Assembly (NCBI GenBank): GCA_963716255.1
Contig: OY970303.1
Coordinates: 6,048,001 to 6,112,000 of the forward strand
DNA: 64,000 nt
Direction: 5' to 3'
DNA from: an uncultured Gemmatimonadales bacterium
GTDB taxonomy: Bacteria; Gemmatimonadota; Gemmatimonadetes; Longimicrobiales; Longimicrobiaceae
The position numbers were made by a program, and so were the translations under genes. The notes under the pieces are model-generated. The model was not told the DNA's origin and did no database searches. It saw only the letters and a list, made by a program, of their open reading frames with translations. The first letter of the stretch is position 1; each line of letters begins with the position of its first letter. Shown piece after piece: positions 61,781-64,000 of this stretch.

Positions 61781-63301
61781 TCAGGCGCCGCCGGGGACGA
61801 GGACCCCCGCCAGCCACTTCCCGGCGGGGTAGACGAACGTGTCGGGACGCGCTTCGTCGTCGCTCCCCGCGGCGACGAACCCCCGCACGGCCAGGTCGTC
61901 GTCCACCGCGGGCGCGCCGCTGGAGCCCGGTGCCAGGAACGCGCGCACGTGGACCAGGTCCGGCACGCGCCCCAGCGGGTTGACGTCGATGGCCGCCGCC
62001 CTGCCGCTCAGGACCGTGCCGGGCGCGAGACCGGTGCGCTCGCCCGCCGCGACCGCGAACTGGAGGGCCTCCCCCTTCTTCAGGGGCTCCGCGCTCGCGC
62101 GCAGCCCCCGGGCGGCCAGCCCGGCGGGCGCTTCCAGCACCCAGGGGCTGAACGGGTGGCCCTTGCCGAGGTGGGATGCGCGGGTCGTCAGGCGCTGTCC
62201 GGAGCCGGTCACCAGGGTGATCCGCTCCGGGTCGAAGCCGCCGGCTCCCGCCAGGTAGCCGTCCGTGACGATCACCCGGGGCTCCGCCAGCAGGAACCCC
62301 GTTCCCGTGGGCGGAGCGTCGTCCGAGAACGCGATGCCGACCGTCGCCGCCGCCAGGTCGTCGATGGTGGTCGCGGCTTCCGCCGCGGCCCCGGGTTCCA
62401 GCTCCGACCGAGCCACCGACCCGCCGACGTCTTCGAGGCCCCTCTCCAGTCCCGTGTTGATCCCGAAGATCGCCGTAAAGTCGGGCGAGGTCCTTTCGCG
62501 CGGGGCGCTCCGGACCACGCGGCGCTTCGCGCGCGTGGCTCCCAGGCGCTCCGCCAGCTCCGTGAACACCTGCTCGAACCCCATCCCGTCCCCCACCACC
62601 GAGCGCAGGTCGTGGTCCGTCTGGAGCGCGTCCGGGGCCGGTGACAGGTTCACGAACCAGATGGCGCCGCCCGCCTCCGTCACCATCTCGCGGATGCGGT
62701 CGTCGCGCAGGCTGTGCCCCACCACCAGGAAGTCGCGCGTGGAAAGCAGGGGCGCCAGCGCCGGGCCGATCTCCCCCAGGTAGTCGTCCATCTCCGCCGG
62801 CGTCCACGCCATGAAGCGGTGGAACAGGTCGCCGTGCAGCTTGACCACCTTGACCCGCGGACTGTGCGCTGCCAGAAGCCAGCGCAGCCGGTCCGTGCGC
62901 AGCACGCCGTTGATCAGCAGCAGGTAGTCCCTGCGGCGCAGGCGGGCGGTGGCGAGCGCGTCGTCCAGCAGCGGGTCGAAGTTGGTGGTGAGCACCACGT
63001 CGAAGTACGCGTGCTCGCAGAGCGCCGCCAGCGCCCGGTAGCCCGCCGTCACCTCGTGCGGGTCCTGCGTCTGGAGGAAGTCGGAAAGCAGGCGGTAGCG
63101 CTCGTTGGGGCTGCGCGTCTCCAGGTAGGCCACGAACTCGGGGAACCCGGGCACGCCGATGAAGTCGTAGAGCGCCTTCATGGTGGCCAGCCCCGCCGCG
63201 GCCGAGGCCCCGGCGCCCAGCAGCACCACCGGCGGCGGCTCGCCCATCCGGCGCCGGCCCTCCAGGTCCCGAACCAGCTCGTCCAGCGTGCGCTCCGCCA
63301 T
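61781..63301 (-). CDS. SIR2-like (SIR2_2) domain fused to a C-terminal trypsin-like domain
   Basis: LLGAGAS, TTNFD, KLHGD, VGHSLRD; C-terminus GTGFLL…VTDGY…PGSSGAP. Confidence 0.8.
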   Translation of the reverse strand: MAERTLDELVRDLEGRRRMGEPPPVVLLGAGASAAAGLATMKALYDFIGVPGFPEFVAYLETRSPNERYRLLSDFLQTQDPHEVTAGYRALAALCEHAYFDVVLTTNFDPLLDDALATARLRRRDYLLLINGVLRTDRLRWLLAAHSPRVKVVKLHGDLFHRFMAWTPAEMDDYLGEIGPALAPLLSTRDFLVVGHSLRDDRIREMVTEAGGAIWFVNLSPAPDALQTDHDLRSVVGDGMGFEQVFTELAERLGATRAKRRVVRSAPRERTSPDFTAIFGINTGLERGLEDVGGSVARSELEPGAAAEAATTIDDLAAATVGIAFSDDAPPTGTGFLLAEPRVIVTDGYLAGAGGFDPERITLVTGSGQRLTTRASHLGKGHPFSPWVLEAPAGLAARGLRASAEPLKKGEALQFAVAAGERTGLAPGTVLSGRAAAIDVNPLGRVPDLVHVRAFLAPGSSGAPAVDDDLAVRGFVAAGSDDEARPDTFVYPAGKWLAGVLVPGGA

Positions 63302-63384
63302 CTATGTACGCCTCACGGGTTCGTCGGCCATGGTTCGTCCGGGGCGCGTACGCGGCATGCCACCGGCCGCGGGGCCGCGCATCG

Positions 63385-63714
63385 TCACGGGTGCGTGTAG
63401 CCGACCTCGAAGTCCGGACCCAGCTCCGCGCGGATGCGCTCCAGCACCTCGCCGGCCGCGCGGCCGAACCGCTCGTATTCCTCCGGCGGCCAGGGGCCCG
63501 GGCCGGCGGGGTCGTCCCAGTCGAGCGACGTGTCGTGCCACACCGACAGCTCCTCCAGGCGCCGCCGCGTTTCCGCGGAAAGCGGGAGCACGTCCTCGAC
63601 GTGTCCCACGTCGAACGCGTCCAGGGCCGCCTGGTTGCCGCACCACAGGCAGCCGCCGCCCCATTCGAACATCAGGCGCAGGCGGTAGCGCGGCGCCGGC
63701 TCCCCCGCGCTCAC
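63385..63714 (-). CDS. Hypothetical protein (MFEWGGGCLW…LPLS…W…F)
   Basis: Compact acidic ORF with coding-like composition; function unknown. Confidence 0.65.
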   Translation of the reverse strand: MSAGEPAPRYRLRLMFEWGGGCLWCGNQAALDAFDVGHVEDVLPLSAETRRRLEELSVWHDTSLDWDDPAGPGPWPPEEYERFGRAAGEVLERIRAELGPDFEVGYTHP

Positions 63715-63795
63715 GTTCTCACGCGTCCGCCGGCCGCCGCGCTTCCAACGGCGTCACGCGGACGGACCGGCCGAGGGGGCATCATCTCGCCCGGG

Positions 63796-63999
63796 TCAGA
63801 ACTCGACCAGCTCACCCGTGCCGGTGATGTAGGCGATGGGGCCGATGTACTTGGAGGTCCGTATCCCGCTGCGGGCATTGTAGACGACGGTGACGCCCGC
63901 CGTCTCGTACCGCGTCGTGTCCGCCGACTGCGGCCGCGTCCCGCATCCCTTGGAGACGTGTCCGACGTCGCTGATCCTGACGCCGGTGTCGCCCCCCAC
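63796..63999 (-). CDS. 3' end of an unidentified CDS entering from the right edge
   Basis: Open frame to the window end with coding-like codon usage. Confidence 0.5.
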   Translation of the reverse strand: MGGDTGVRISDVGHVSKGCGTRPQSADTTRYETAGVTVVYNARSGIRTSKYIGPIAYITGTGELVEF

Positions 64000-64000
64000 G

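Noticed and set aside
61241..63301. Functional link between PilZ and the SIR2 fusion (cyclic-nucleotide signalling)
   Set aside because: Adjacency only; ~95-nt gap, no cyclase nearby, and PilZ is instead closely coupled to the amidase gene
134..63827. Many long overlapping ORFs on the opposite strand or in shifted frames (e.g. 1309-3804, 13784-16108, 22046-24712, 40233-43613, and N-terminal extensions of 43909-48114 and 59826-62807)
   Set aside because: Shadow ORFs expected from very high GC; Arg/Pro/Gly/Ala-rich and overlapping well-supported genes
1..64000. tRNA/rRNA genes or prophage
   Set aside because: No tRNA cloverleaf with T-arm and acceptor stem, rRNA signature or phage structural genes recognised

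Overview
High-GC bacterial chromosomal window. Gene content and repeat style suggest Gemmatimonadota (Longimicrobium-like), but this is an inference only. The backbone is housekeeping: murA, pgeF, dut, ald, pnp-rpsO, the rimP-nusA-infB-rbfA-truB-ribF operon, mreBCD-rodA-accD-folC, hisS, proS, lysA, guaA, and meaB with an acyl-CoA mutase. Accessory material includes an IS630 inserted exactly in the murA stop codon and a lower-GC ~6 kb island. The island encodes HsdS, an ABC-type ATPase, an HNH nuclease and HsdM, with no HsdR, i.e. a Septu/PtuAB-like pair nested inside a type I methyltransferase. There are also two toxin-antitoxin pairs, a SIR2 protein fused to an apparently catalytically altered trypsin-like domain, and a secreted protein with four AIGPKQDDP repeats. 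Intergenic DNA holds eight copies of a ~135-nt multi-stem repeat with clear compensatory base changes, AAAC-led loops and a UNCG tetraloop; seven copies sit just 3' of stop codons in sense orientation, making it a candidate structured RNA family. Three housekeeping genes (truB, ribF, lysA) are frameshifted at G/C homopolymers, most likely read or assembly errors.
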